DNA of 64,000 nucleotides. Origin: Styela clava. Taxonomy: Eukaryota. Position 1 is the stretch's first letter; every line of letters starts with the position of its first letter. Location of the stretch: positions 16,926,001 to 16,990,000 of the forward strand of contig NC_135259.1 in assembly GCF_964204865.1 (NCBI RefSeq), in the 5' to 3' direction. Position numbers and translations under genes: made by a program. This document shows, piece by piece, positions 1 to 13,639 of the stretch. Under the pieces are notes generated by a model. That model saw only the letters and a program-made list of their open reading frames with translations. It searched no databases and had not been told where the DNA came from.

Positions 1-375
1 CATAAGAAAACAATTGCATTAAGGTCAATAACGTCCGGGTAATAACTCATTGTTTTTCCGCGTACTCTGATTTCGGGTAATTTGACTAAGCAGTATGCAT
101 ATATGAAATTTCCACATCAACGATGATTACAGTATTTAGACTGAGTATTGTGGCTGTGAACTTTGCATTTTGTATCAGTTACAATGAGTATCAAATTTAA
201 ACAAACGTAGTGTCTCGGTAATTTTTCTTCGTCATGAAAACTTCTTCCTTGTAAGTAAATTAATGCAAATTATTTACAAACCCGAATAGACATCACTTTA
301 CGCAAAATAACTAACAATTAACTGTAATTTAGATGAAAATAAAGTCTTTTTACCTAATTTGTTTATATATTTCAG

Positions 376-2108
376 GAAAACAACGGAGGTGGTAAGTAGA
401 ATAATATGATATTGCGTAGTACGATGACATTCAAAAAAATTTTTTACGTTATTGACCAAATAGCTTCCTATGTGGTTTTACGTTATTTACACTTGACAAG
501 CATGAGTTTATTATTTCAAAAACATTGTTCTAGACATTATTTATGGAATCAAGAAAAAGTTGCGTGGTCAGGTTGCGGAAATGGGTCAGTATTTTGGTTG
601 TCTTTTAAGTTTTTTTGGTAATTTTGAGATTTTTTTTCCTGAACAAGCTTTTCATTGCATGGTATTCCATGAAAAAATTAGGGGAGAGGAATCTGCGTCA
701 TTGTTAGAAATTTATTTATCCGTAGTAAAGGTTTTCAGTTGAATAAGCTTAGAAAATTTAGGAAAATATTGCAATATTCTAAGCATCGAGTAAAGGCAAC
801 ATTTAGGTGGAACATTTTTCTGTTTAACAAAGCAAAGTTGCGTAATAAAATAGGTAAATATGTTGATTATTTTATAATGAGTTTTTCAGCACAATGATTT
901 TGAACCTATGTACGGCAAACAAACAACCTTACGAAATATCACAATTAACTAATGTTATTCGAGAAAAAGTATGATTCATTGCATTTTCCAGAAAATACTA
1001 GATCTAATTTTGTGTCTTTTTTCAGGAAATTGTGATGTCATGTACAAATTAAACTGCTTCAAATATATACCAGCTCCTTCTTATGCTTATTTCAAGTACG
1101 ATGCTGCCAAGGGTCTATGTGAAGGAATTGGTGGACGATTAGCCAATATATATGACGTAATCCACTACAAACTGATTGAATCGTACCTTCGATCAAAACT
1201 TGGTCAGCAGTCACTCTTCTACGTTTGGACTGGTCTAACTTATCGGGTAAATAGGAGAAATATTCAAATTCTCTGTATTTTTTATTTTTATATCAGGAAA
1301 TATTGCAAACTACAGCTACTACAAAATCCTTTTACGAAACCTTTTATTTAAAATAAAGAGTTGGTGTGAGGAGGATAAACTCCAGCGATGTAACTGCCAC
1401 AAACTGGCCGGCCACATCCTTCAGTGTGACCCTCGTCAATCCTCAGATTTTTTCTTATCCAACATTAAATCTCAATCAAAAAGTTTATGTTTAAAAAGGC
1501 GCTCACATGGATAAAAGTACATAACATTTTTCTCTTGTCGCTGCGTTTCATACGTTTCGCTCAATTCCCCTATTACGGCAAGGTTATGCGATAGCTCCCT
1601 TTTTCTTCTCTTCCGTTCCCGCGGCGCTCGGGTTGTCGGTAATATATTTCGTTGCTGTAGGCTTAAATAACATTTGCTTTCATTCCTTGTTTTGCAATAA
1701 TCGCTGCTTATTTAATTCGTTGTGTACATGGGGAAACTAAATTTTTGTGTGGCCCAGCTACATTTCTGAAGTTGGTTATCCGGCCCACTGACAAGAAATT
1801 TTGCGCACCCTTGTATTAGGGCATTTGCTCAATTCTGTGCTGTATAACCAGACTGTTGTTCAATTCAATGCTTCATCTCTTCACATATATATAATATTAC
1901 ATTCTAGAACAACAAGTTATTCTTGACTACTGGCGAGGAAGTTACTTTTCCAATAGAGTATTGGTACGGAAAAACTACAAATCAAGGGAGTGATCCTACT
2001 TGGACAAGAACACATCTATATGTCAGCAAAGATCCAAACAGTGGTTTAAGAGGAATTAATGCTCCTCCCCCAACATCAGATGCAGCTGGTCCACTGTGTG
2101 AACTATAG
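376..2108 (+). CDS. C-type lectin-like domain protein, copy 1 (5' exons outside window); exons 376-391, 1026-1246, 1908-2108
   Basis: AG/GT-bounded exons join in frame: ENNGG|GNCDVMYKLNCFKY...YDAAKGLCEGIGGRLANIYD...FYVWTGLTYR|NNKLFLTTGEEV...W...GPLCEL*. The pattern C..CF, A..C...GG.LA, VWTGL and terminal CE is typical of a CTLD. Confidence 0.8.
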
Positions 2109-3553
2109 GTCAAATGAATATAGACTCCTGTATATAATTGAGCTTACTAATTTAGACTTCTTTGTTAAGGAAGTTGTTTAATATTTCAATATAAAAATTA
2201 TGTTGGACACGAAAAATTCTGTTTGGCCCCGCACGAATAAAAGTGCGGTAACCGCTGTGACATTAAGAATAAAAAAAACTGCTCTTAACTTTTCTACCTT
2301 CTTAGGACATGAATGACCCTCTCGAGCCTCAAATTCATTCTAAAAATAAATATTTGTCGGAAGTATCTTAATAGTAAAAATTCCAAAATCTTTAATTTTC
2401 TTTTTTTCCGAATTTTTCCCTTTTTTATCATTATTCCAATTATGTCTAATGTTGTTCAAATGCACTGATTTTTCTTTTTATCCTTTAATGTATTTTTGCC
2501 AGAACATGCATTATGTAAAAAGAAATAAACAAAATACCAAACATAAAAACCGAGTGAATTTTTTTGTTTGTTGATCACTATGATAGAATAATTGAAAGAG
2601 AGGGGGAGGCGATGGAACGGTGACAGAAGATTTAACATAAAGATATTTTATTCAGCTCGAAACTAAAATAAAATTGAATGCAATCTTTTACATAGAATCT
2701 CAAATCTTGTGAATGGCTACACATCACCCTGCTGCCGTTGACACATATAATGGATGCAAATTATTTTAATACGCATTTGAAATTTTTAATAAAGCAATGG
2801 GAAATTTGCAGATGCTCTAAAAGAGAGTTGTTTTTATAAAATAATCCAATCAGGACGATACATTTCTCGAATCTGAGATATCTTTCACCAATTGCAGCGT
2901 TTAATAAATGATCTATTATGGAAGGGGAATAGGAATCAAGCTAAGTACTGGAGTCTCAATGAATCTCCTATGAAGAGCATGAATAAATATAGCCAACGTG
3001 TGCCTTGTCAGAGTGCTAGCCTATATAATATATACCTTCAATATCTTATCATACAAACCATTCAAAGCAAAATTACTAATCAGTAAAACTGTTGCAGCAA
3101 TGCGTATAAGGACCAATAAGGCCGTATCTGAATCCATGAGTTTGTCCAAACAATTTTCCATACGCCTATTTTGACGTAATGTCACGTGGCGTCGCAATAT
3201 GTTTCAAAATAGTAAATTTGTGGATGAAATAACGTGACCAATGCGACTCACAAAAAATTGAAATTATATAAATGGCCTTCTTGGTTCTTGCTACCTCTGA
3301 CATCTTGAAGTAGCGACCATTTGAATTATATTGATGCGTTAATTGCGGAGGAATGCGAATTTTTCATAACAATAACAATTAGTTGAAAGCTTCAAAATAT
3401 ATACTCTTCGTCACGAAATCTTCTTAATTGTGAGTAAATTAATGCAAATTATTTACAAACCCGAATAGACATCTCTTTGCGCAAAACACTAACAATTAAC
3501 TGTAATTTAGATGACAATAACGTCTTTTTACCTAATTTGTTTATTTATTTCAG

Positions 3554-5254
3554 GAAAACAACGGAGGGGGTAAGTAGAATAATATGATATTGCCTAGTAC
3601 GATGACATTTAAAAATATATCACAAGTAGAAACCAATCATATTTTTACTTCATAGACCGAATAGCTTCTTATGCGGTTTTCTGTTATTTACACTTGATAA
3701 GCATGAGTTAATTATTTCAAAAATATTGTTCTAGACATTATTAATGAGATCAAGAAAAGGTTGCAGGACCAGGCTGTGGAAATGGGTCAGTATTTTGCCT
3801 CTCTTTTAACTTGTTTTGGTGATTTTAGGAGTTTTTTTCTGAACAAGCTTTTTAATGCACGGTATTCGTTGATGAATTTAGTGGAAAGGAAACTGCGTCA
3901 TTATTAGAAATTTATTTAACCGTATTAAAGGTTTTCAGTTGAGTAAATTTGAAAAAAAGTAAAAAAAAAGGTTTCTTTTGATTTTTTTCACTGGGTAAAG
4001 GAAACATTTGTGTGAAACATTTTCTATTTAACAAAGCAAACTTACGTAATAAAATAGGTAGACATGTTGATTACTTTATATTGAGTTTTTCAGCCTAATG
4101 ATTTCGAACTTATGTACGGCAAACAAACAATTTAACATAACATCACCCTTAATGTTAATCGAGAAAAAAGAGAGATTCATTGCTTTTTTTTTCAGAAAAT
4201 TGTGATGTCATGTACAAATCGAACTGCTTCAAATATATATCGGCAAGTTATGCTGTTGATTCCAAATACGATGCTGCCAAAAGTCTATGTGAAGGAATTG
4301 GTGGAAAATTAGCCAATATATATGACGTAACCAACTACAAAATGATTGAATCCTACCTTCGAACAAAACTTGTTCAGCATTCAGTATTTTACGTTTGGAC
4401 CGGTCTCACTTATCGGGTAAAAACGAAAAATATTTCAAACTCCGTGTAATATTCTGATTTTTATGTTACGAAATATTAGAAACTACCGCTACTACCAAAT
4501 CCTTTTATAAAACCTTTTATTTAAAATAAGGAGTTGGCGTGAGGCGGAATAAACCTCAGCGATCTTCGAGACATAAATGTACCACGAAAGTACTCGAAGT
4601 TTAGAGCAGGGGTGTGCAACAGGCGGCCCGCGGGCAACAAACCGGTCCACCACGCCCTTTGGTGTAGCACTTGTCGACACTCAGATTTTCCCCATCAAGC
4701 ATAAAATCTCAATCCGAAAGTTTATGTTTAAAAAGGCGATGACGTGGTAAAAGTATATAATATTTTTTACTCTTGTCGCTGCGTTAAACGTTTCTCCCCT
4801 TTTTGCTAGTTTTCATTTCGTTGTTTACATGGGGACATTTTTGTGTAGTCCGGCTCGATTTCTAAAGTATGTTATCCAGCCCACCGACAGAAAATTTGCA
4901 CATGCCTGTTTTAGGGCATCTTCTGGTTAAAGCTTGTTGTTTTCACCACAAGGCTATTATTTAGTCGTTTAGGCTTTCGTGTCCATATATTTGAGCATTT
5001 ATCTCTTATTCGTTTCAATGCCTAATTCGTTCATTTATATATTTCAAATCTAGAACAACAAATTATTTCTGACAACTGGCGAAGTAGTTACTTTTCCGAT
5101 AAAGTATTGGTACGGCAAGACTAAGAATCAAGGGAGTGATCCTACCTGGACAAGAACACATCTGTATGTCAGCAAAGATCCAAGCAGTGGTTTGAAAGGA
5201 ATTGCTGCTATTCCACCGAATTCAGAAGCATATGGGTCATTGTGTGAACAATAG
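3554..5254 (+). CDS. C-type lectin-like domain protein, copy 2 (leaderless; alternative cassette or pseudogene); exons 3554-3569, 4196-4416, 5054-5254
   Basis: Paralogous to copy 1 with identical exon sizes (16/221/201 nt), intact frames and splice sites. No signal-peptide exon or exon 2 is found between copy 1 and copy 2. Confidence 0.7.
4607..4908. mobile_element. hAT-type MITE in copy-2 intron (5'-truncated counterpart at ~1400-1813 in copy 1)
   Basis: TIRs caggggtgtgcaac...ttgcacatgcctg; internal sequence matches the copy-1 intron; absent from copy 3. Confidence 0.65.
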
Positions 5255-6092
5255 GCTTGGATAAAAGTTTTCATGCTAATATGTGAATAATTGAGCTTAC
5301 TTATTCAGACCTCACATACTGAAGCAAATTATTTGAAAATGACAAAGTTTGTTTAATAGACGACATCGTTGTTAACCCTATAAATTTAAGTTCGGTATCA
5401 AATTACTGTATAGATTTGAACTTGATCCAATTTTTTTAAGATCAGAAAATATTCACTTGTCGGAGATACTTTATTAGTAAAAAATTGCAAAAACTTTTTT
5501 TTCTTCTCAAAGTTTTCTCTTCATTTTTCATTTATCAAGAAATATCTAATGTCGTTCAATTGCATTTATTTTTCTGTGGGGACCGATAAGGCGGAGGTAG
5601 ATGATTCAAGAAAAAGATAGTTTATCAAGCCCAAGACTAATATGCAATTACATACCACCTGTAAATGAAATCTTGAGCTTTGCGAAAGCTCATACTGACG
5701 TCATGAAAATTTTGCAATTGCTCCGAAGGGAAGTTTTCTCCACTTACTGTTCCCAGGTGAACCGTAGATACAATTTTCGAATATAGGAAATGAATAAAAA
5801 TCACGCTAAATTCAAGAGCTAGAAGTATTCTCCAAACAAGTGAATTCATATAGTCAAATAGTAGTTTGTCATAAGGACGTAGAAACGAAAATAATTCGTC
5901 TTTTAAATTTAGTCCGACCTCCACATACCCTTCAACCTCGTACATGTCCTTTACAAAGAGGGTATCACAATGTGATTCATGAAGTATTTATTGAATTATA
6001 TTTTGACAGACGCTTTTTTAACTGCTAAAATTCAAGTTTCACTTATAGAGGGCCGTTCTTAGCGTTAGTTTTATAAAAGATACATTCGGTTA

Positions 6093-7126
6093 GGCCATTT
6101 TAATGTTGAAAGGCAAGTTTTACATCACAACACATTGGTTCTATTGTTCAAAACGAACATTAGATTCGCTGAGTGTTCATTCATTGAGTGGAGAAATCAT
6201 TTCGCACAATCCTATTATTTTCAATAATACATTAGCAAGATCTGATAAACTTTCAGCGGGATTATAACCATTTGGTTGAGTCGAGTATTGAGGAAATACC
6301 CTTGGAAACTCAACTCACGAAGAAAATTCAGATTTTGAACAAAACAATTGTTTGAATATTAGGATATTAGAATAAAATTGAAATTTATGCAAAGTGTAAA
6401 CAAAACAGTAAGGTTCAAAAGTTTAGATAATATTTGAACACAGAAAATATAAAGTTTTCCGACGTCACGTGACTTAGATTACATTAATTATCCCTACATC
6501 TAGTTTCTTATAAGTGAGAGTGTGAGTGAGAAACGAAGCAGTTTTTCCAAATTGAATACATTGGAAGATTAATTAATTTAACTGAAACATAATCAAATAT
6601 GAAAAATTGCCCATTTTAATGCTGAGATGCAAGTTCCAAATCACAACACATTGGTTCTATTGTATCAAACGAACGTTATATTTGCAATTTGCTAATCCTT
6701 CCGCGTAATATTATTATTTGCACGAATACATTAGCAAGATCCGATAAACTTTTAGTGGGATTTCAATCCATTTCGTTGAGTCAATCATTGAACAAATATC
6801 CACAAAAACTCAACTTGTGAAAAAAATTTAAATTTTAAACCAAACAATCGTATGAATATGGAGATTCTAGGTTTAAATTGAAATTATTGCAAATTTTAAG
6901 CATAACAATGTGGGCAAACTCTAGATAATATTTGAATACAGCAAATAAAAAGATTTCCGAACTTACGTGACTTAGTCAACACTCATTTTCCCTGCGTAAA
7001 ACTAATTTATTTTGATCTATTTTCTTATAAGTGAGAAAGGGTTGGTGAGAGACAGAATCAGTTTTATCAAATTGAATTCATCGGAAGATTAATTAATGAA
7101 ACTAGAACAAAATAAAATATGAAAAA
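6093..7126 (+). repeat. ~515-bp diverged tandem duplication of the copy-3 promoter/5'UTR
   Basis: ~6093-6607 aligns with ~6608-7126 (gccattttaatg..., cacaacacattggttctattg, acgtgacttag, ...aaatatgaaaaa). Confidence 0.8.
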
Positions 7127-10100
7127 CTTCTGGGCAAAGATATTTCTACTCGCTCTTTCCGTCTTCGAAAATTTTGCGCTGGAAAAAGTTCCGGGTAAGC
7201 AAAACCTTTATTATATGACTGTTAGAGTCAGATCTACAAAAATGATTTCATGCAATGGAATAACCTAAAAGTTCTTTATTTTAAACAACAAGATAGCAAT
7301 GCGTCAATATGAAAATGGATGTCAAATGACTAACTGAAATAGCCTATATAATATATACCTTCAATCTCTTATCATACAAACCATTCAAAGCAAAATTACT
7401 AATCAGTAAAACTGTTGCAGCAATGCGTATAAGGACCAATAAGGCCGTATCTGAATCCATGAGTTTGTCTAAACAATTTTCCATACGCCTATTTTGACGT
7501 TATGTCACGTGGCGTCGCAATATGTTTCAAAATAGTAAATTTGTGGATGAAATAACGAGAAAAATGCGACTCACAAAAAATTGCAATTATATAAATGGCC
7601 TTCTTGGTTCTTGCTACCTCTGACATCTTGAGCATTTGAATTATATTGATGCGTTAATTGCGGAGGAATGCGAATTTTTCATAACAATAACAATTATTTC
7701 AGAGCTTCAAAATATATACTCTTCATGTCCAATATTGTTCATGACTATATATCTATTATTTCATTTGTAGACGGTGTTTGTGTGAGGAAATTGGTGAACG
7801 GCAAACTTGTCTCCGTGGGATCGTGTGAGGCAAGATATTTATTTTATTTTTGTATGTAATTTTGAATCCTATAAATATTTAGATTCGTTATGTCCTGGAT
7901 CCTACGTCTTAACTTATCAATTACCTTTTGCAATTAGAAAACAATACTCAGCAGTATGCTCATAAAAAGTCCCCACATCAATGTTTACTGATTATTGTCG
8001 CTGTAAACTTATTTGCATTTTGTATCAGTTACAATGAGTATCAAAATTGAAGAGACGTAGTATCTCGGTAAATTTTCTTCGTCATGAAAACTTTTTATTT
8101 GTAAGTAAATTAATGCAAATTATTTACAAACCCGAATAGACAACACTTTACGCAAGAACACTAACAATTAACTGTAATTCAGATGACAATAACGTCTTTT
8201 TACCTATAATTTGTTTATGAATTTCAGGAAAACAACGGAGGGGGTAAGTAGACTAATATGATATTGCCTAGTACGAAGATAATTAAAAACAATCCTAAAT
8301 AAAACTAATATTATTTTTCACTTTATTGATCGAATAGCTTCTTTTGTGATTTTTCGTTATTTACACTTGATAAGCATGAGGTAATTATTTCAAAAATATT
8401 GTCCTAGACATTATTAATGAGATCAAGAAAAGGGTGCAAGGCCAGGCTGTGAAAATGGGTCAGTATTTTGATTTTTATTCATCTTTTTTGGTGATTTTTA
8501 GAGGTTTTTCCTAAACAAATTTATTAAGTCACAGTAATCATAAAATTACCCGAGAGAAAACTATGTCATTCTTAGAACTTTATTTATCGGTCGTAAAGGT
8601 TTTCATTTGGTAAACAATGAAAAAATGTAAATAAAATATTGCTTTATTCTTTCCCTGGATGAAGGCCTGACAAAGCAGTATATATATATAAACAAAAACT
8701 TTCTGTTAAGCAAAACAAGCTTAGGGGAAGGTGGGCCACGGTAGCGACGCAAGTTATGGGATGAAATTGGTTTTGAGAGGTTGAAACTAGAATTTTGTCA
8801 TTTAAGTTTTTGCGTTTTTCTACTTTAGCCTTTCCAACATGACAAACCACTGTCTGATATATTTCAACTTTAGTCCACTTTAAAATATTCATAACGTTGG
8901 CGTGTTTATGTGCCTTCCTAATCTTGACGTGGGACAGTCTGAAAATATTTGTTTCCTATGGGGAACAACGGACCGGGGTTCAGTAGGACATGCTCCACTG
9001 GCAACAATTCGACAGTGTTTGATCCATTGAGTGATTGGACGCCTAGAGATGCGTTATGTTTTGTGTAATATTAAGGTACCTTTTGGCCCATGGCCCAATA
9101 TGAAATATATTCCAGATTCAAAAATATTTTTTAGATACAGATTCGAAAAAATAAATAATTTGCCTTTGGCCGGAATTAGAAAATTTACTTAAATTTACTT
9201 TACTTAAATGCTGGCTGTATTTTAAAAATTACACCATCGTTTTTTTTTGTTTTTTTTTAATGTGCCCCAGGGCCTGTTCGAATGTGCCCTACAAGTGGGG
9301 TACAATGGGACACTTGATAGACGTTTTTTGAAGCATTTTAGTGAAAGACGTGTGTCGCTAGGGAATTTTTTAGTCGATGAATAAATATATACTACATTTA
9401 CCCCTCTCTGCATTAGCCGTGCAATGTGAAATGAATGTGCAGAATATAGGGCTTAAAATATGCAAAAGAAAAAAGTGTCTCAAACTTCCCCGCTTTCCCT
9501 TACGTAATAACATAGGCATACATGATTATTTTATATTGAGTTTTTCAGCCCAATGATTTTAAATCCATGTTACGGCAAACAAATAACGTTACATAACATC
9601 ACCATGAAAGTTACTCGAGAAAAAGTATGATCCATTGCATTTTCCAAAAAATACATGATCTAATTTTGTGTTTTTTTTTTGCCAGGAAATTGTGATGTCA
9701 TGTACAAATCAAAATGCTTCAAATATGTACCAGCCCTTTCTGGTGCTTATTTCAAGTTTGATGCTGCCAAGGGTCTATGTACAGGAATCGGTGGAAAATT
9801 TGCCAATATATATGACGTAACCCATTACAAACTGATTGAATCGTACCTTCGTACAAAAATAAAACCTTCGTGGTCCGTGATTTATGTCTGGACTGGTCTA
9901 TCTTATCAGGTTTGAGGGCAGATATTTTGCTTCTTAACTTTTGATTTTTTAAACTATACTAAACAGGGGCGTAGCCAGGGGTGGTTTTGGGGGTCACAGC
10001 TTGAAACGCGTTTTAGACCCTCAAGACTCAATAAACACACAAGTTTTCCGGTGTTTCGATCTAACTTGGCAAATGGAAATTTCAGAACACCCCCCCCTCT

Positions 10101-10550
10101 TTGAAAGATTCTGAATACGCTCCTGATACTAAACTCACAATTGTGTTTTTTAAAACGCTAGAACTGAAATGTAATAAAGTATATCTCATCAACGAAACAT
10201 TTTATTTGAAATGTTCCGCTATTTGAAATAGCATATAACATTAGTCTTCGTCAAATAAGAAGAAAAACACCTATATTTAAATATTTACTAGGCTTAAAAT
10301 TATAAATTAATATTTAAATATTATCAAATAAATAAAATAACACGTATACGTTTAGAATCAAAAGTTCTTTCTATCTACTGGCGAAGAAGTCACTTTTCCA
10401 CCTGAATATTGGTATGACCAAACTCCGAAAAACGATCCTACTTGGACAAGAACACATCTGTACGTCAGCAAAGATCTAAACAGCAGTATAAAAGGAATCG
10501 CTGTTCCTCCTCCAACTTCTGATGCATATGGAGCACTCTGTGAAATATAA
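7119..10550 (+). CDS. Secreted C-type lectin-like domain protein, copy 3 (complete, 189 aa); exons 7119-7194, 7771-7829, 8228-8243, 9686-9909, 10356-10550
   Basis: MKNFWAKIFLLALSVFENFALEKVP|DGVCVRKLVNGKLVSVGSCE|ENNGG|GNCDVMYKSKCF...VWTGLSYQ|NQKFF...GALCEI*. Exons total 570 nt in frame; N-terminus is signal-peptide-like; intron 2 uses a GC donor. Confidence 0.85.
8724..9500. mobile_element. Non-autonomous Tc1/mariner/pogo-type element, TA TSD
   Basis: Termini ggggaaggtggg...ccccgctttccct flanked by TA; the empty site (cttacgtaat) is visible in the copy-2 intron at ~4041. Confidence 0.7.
9964..10125. mobile_element. hAT-type MITE
   Basis: TIRs caggggcgtagccag/ctgaatacgctcctg; perfect 8-bp TSD atactaaa. 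Confidence 0.8.
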
Positions 10551-11142
10551 GCACATATGTAGGGACTTAGCTTAACACCTTTTTATAAAGAAAATATGCA
10601 AAACATCTTAGAAAATCGTGTTATTTCCTTACTTACTGCATTCACAGAAAATTTGTTGGAAATTCACACAAATTCTTTTAGCTGGTGTTGTTAAGATATG
10701 ATTACTTGTATATGGTATTTTAGTTTGATGCATTTTTATTTTTATCTTATATGAGTTCTCAAGACCTTATAACTTTTCAGTCAATACCATATTTGGTTAT
10801 TGAAAAATCCCAAGTGGAAAATTTGTCGAGAGTTTCAAAACGGACAAATTTCGTCATTTTTTTTTTACAATATTTGGAAAATGTCTAATATTATTCAAGT
10901 GCGTTATATTATTTTGAGTGTTTTTCTACATTTTATTCGAAACCACTATCACAAATTTAAATTGAAAAAGATATTATAAATATAACATTGAACTTGAAAA
11001 ATAAATGTCTCATTTTTGTTATTGACGAAGCTATCAGAGGAGGAAAAACTGAACGCCTCAAGGTATTTGGATGCCCTTGAATGGTTGTAAGCAGTTCATA
11101 GAAAAGAGCACTGAAAGACAATTCGGAGTTGTTTTTGTCATT

Positions 11143-12373
11143 TATCTAGGATATGGCAGTCATGGCTCGCGCCATGGGCGCCGTTTGGACAGGGGCGCAA
11201 AACACGCGAAAAGTTCTAAACGTATAATGTTTCAATAAAACTTGAAAATAAATTAAACACGTATTTCTAATTAAATCATATAAAGTCTAATAAAAATGTC
11301 AGCCAACGATCAATGCAGTTTGTTCCGTCACTTAGCGCAATTGATGGTGACTTCATAATTCAACATAAATATATACCTAAATTGATACGTTACTGGACAA
11401 ACTGCACCTCATATTTGCTCTGCTATCGTACTGGAGCGAAAATTTATGAATATTCGTACAATAAGAGAGAGTGTTTCAAAGCGTGGAAAGAAATTTGAAC
11501 AATAAAACCGGAATTATTAACGCCGAATTCCATGTACAAATTTAGAAGGAAAGGCAAAAATGAAGTGAGATTCTTAATTGAATATTGCATGGAATAAAGT
11601 AGCCTGTCTGGCAGAATGAAAATTTCGCTTTGCGAGGGCACAGAGAATCACTTCAAGCAGATAGCGATTCAAATCTTGGTTGCGTTGCGAGAGGATCTCG
11701 GTTTCATTGAAAGACATCCACATTCAACCTCTTGCCAGGTAAACTATTTTGACATTGTTGACGAAATAAAATACTACTACTACTAGGTGTTCCAAATGAA
11801 TTTATTCACCTTATGTTCGTCTCATCTCACATCTAATGTTCGCAAAAACTTGACCGCATAAATTGAAAAAGCCAAGTAGCAACTATGGTCTTATATATAT
11901 TTGACTCAACTCCTGACCAGGCGCATCGAGAGCAGGTTTCAGAAGTTGGGAGATATGATGATATAGACTTTGACGAGAAAACAGTGTGTGTCAAAGATTC
12001 TTTTCAGGGTTTCCCAATCTCCGGATGGCTTTTGCAAGTTTTGCTAACAGTGGCAGTATCCATAGAAAGTTGCGAGCGATCGTTTAGTAAACTAAAATTA
12101 ATTATGTCATACCACAAACAAAGAAAACAAATTTTGATGAAATCATTGACAAATTTGCGCCAAGAAAGGCACGAAAAGTACTATTCTAAGATCTTGTTAT
12201 TGTCCGATCGTCCACTGCTTATTAGGTCGTTACTGAATTGCTTGTTATGTAATTATATTTCGTGGTGGAGAGCAATCAATTTGTAAATGGAAATGGAAAA
12301 AAGAAACATGCGAAGTAGGGGCCGCATTTTTAAACCTTTGCCATGGGCGCCATTTTACCTAGATACGCCACTG
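11143..12373 (+). mobile_element. Internally deleted hAT transposon (ZMYM1-like transposase fragments)
   Basis: ORF 11885-12286 has DSTPD...EQVS and the hAT dimerisation motif SCERSFSKLKLI. Termini (tatctagg...gccatgggcgcc; ctagatacgccactg) match the MITE at 22824. Confidence 0.8.
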
Positions 12374-13351
12374 GACATAGTAATGGGTGAGTGAGTGCGA
12401 GGAGATGAAGTGAAAAAATATTTCTCCCCATCGGCCCATCAGATAAAACTCCCTCAAACTAATCATCTATCGTTGTAGCCGACTAGCGGTTCGTGCTGAG
12501 CATTTTAAAATACGCTCGCCATTGCAACTCTGATTACCATGCTCAGATACACAGGTCTGAATCTGGTGGGCTTCTATTGACGGGTGACCTGCGTAATATC
12601 AAGCATGAGTATCACGTTATCTCATCCCTATGTGTGACTTCCCTATGTAAAGTAAAACATATGCTTGAATCAGTATTTATCATTCTCTCTCCAGATTTAT
12701 CCATCGAGATGGAGATTAATGAAACAAGACCTGTATGAGATTAATTCATCACAGATGAAAGAATAACTAAACAATTCAATTTTTATGCTAGAGGGTAGAT
12801 ACGTAAGAAACTACTCCTTAGAAGACATACATGTTTTCTGTGAAAGATTTATTATATAATTTTATAACAAAAGTATACGCTATGTATAAAAAAAAAAAAA
12901 AAAAGTTCGACCAGACTTGGACAATGTCAAGAATCAAAACACCTGTGGTTGGGAAGATTTTCATATTTATTTTGGCGAGAGGAAAGTTGATAGGATGTCT
13001 TAAACATGACGTACCACGTCTTTTCGTCCGTTTACCATTTCATGTTGGGTATGAGATTTCTTAGCCAGTTTTTCGTTCCAGATACATGGACTTGATATAT
13101 TTTTAAAGTTTGTCGAATTCCCATGCTTGGTCACTCATAAAAAACAACAAAGACGGTGAAAGATGACAACTAACACTAACAAAGTGAAATGGAATTGTGT
13201 GATTCTCTATTAAAATAATAAATCAACATGGGGGATGACCCAAGAAAACAGAACCCATAATTTTAATTACTTCTAAGAAAAAAGTAATCTGACACCTCAA
13301 CTTTTGTTTGTTAATGTAGGACGCTTCGCACAAGCGTTAAAATCTCTAGGA

Positions 13352-13639
13352 CAGTGGTTCTCAAACTTTTAAAGGCGCAGCCCCTTTTTAAAATTTGTCA
13401 AGTCTCACGCCCCACCTCAAAAGTAACTAGCTAACAATAGGCCGCAAAATGGATAGCAAGGCAAAATTATGTTTTGTTCCACATTGAAAATCATTGCTTG
13501 GAACATAAATACCCAAAATGAAGGAAATGTAAATATCCAAAATATGGCGGGCAAGATCAAATCAAACAAATATATAGAACATTGTCTACACCCTCCCCCC
13601 CCAAGATTGTGTGGCGCGCACCACCTTGTGATAACCCTT
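13352..13639. mobile_element. hAT (Buster-type) MITE
   Basis: cagtggttctcaaac start, degenerate 3' TIR, TSD ctctagga/ctctagaa. Confidence 0.6.

Noticed and set aside
5601-6028. Overlapping ORFs between lectin copies 2 and 3
   Set aside because: No recognisable motifs or exon structure.
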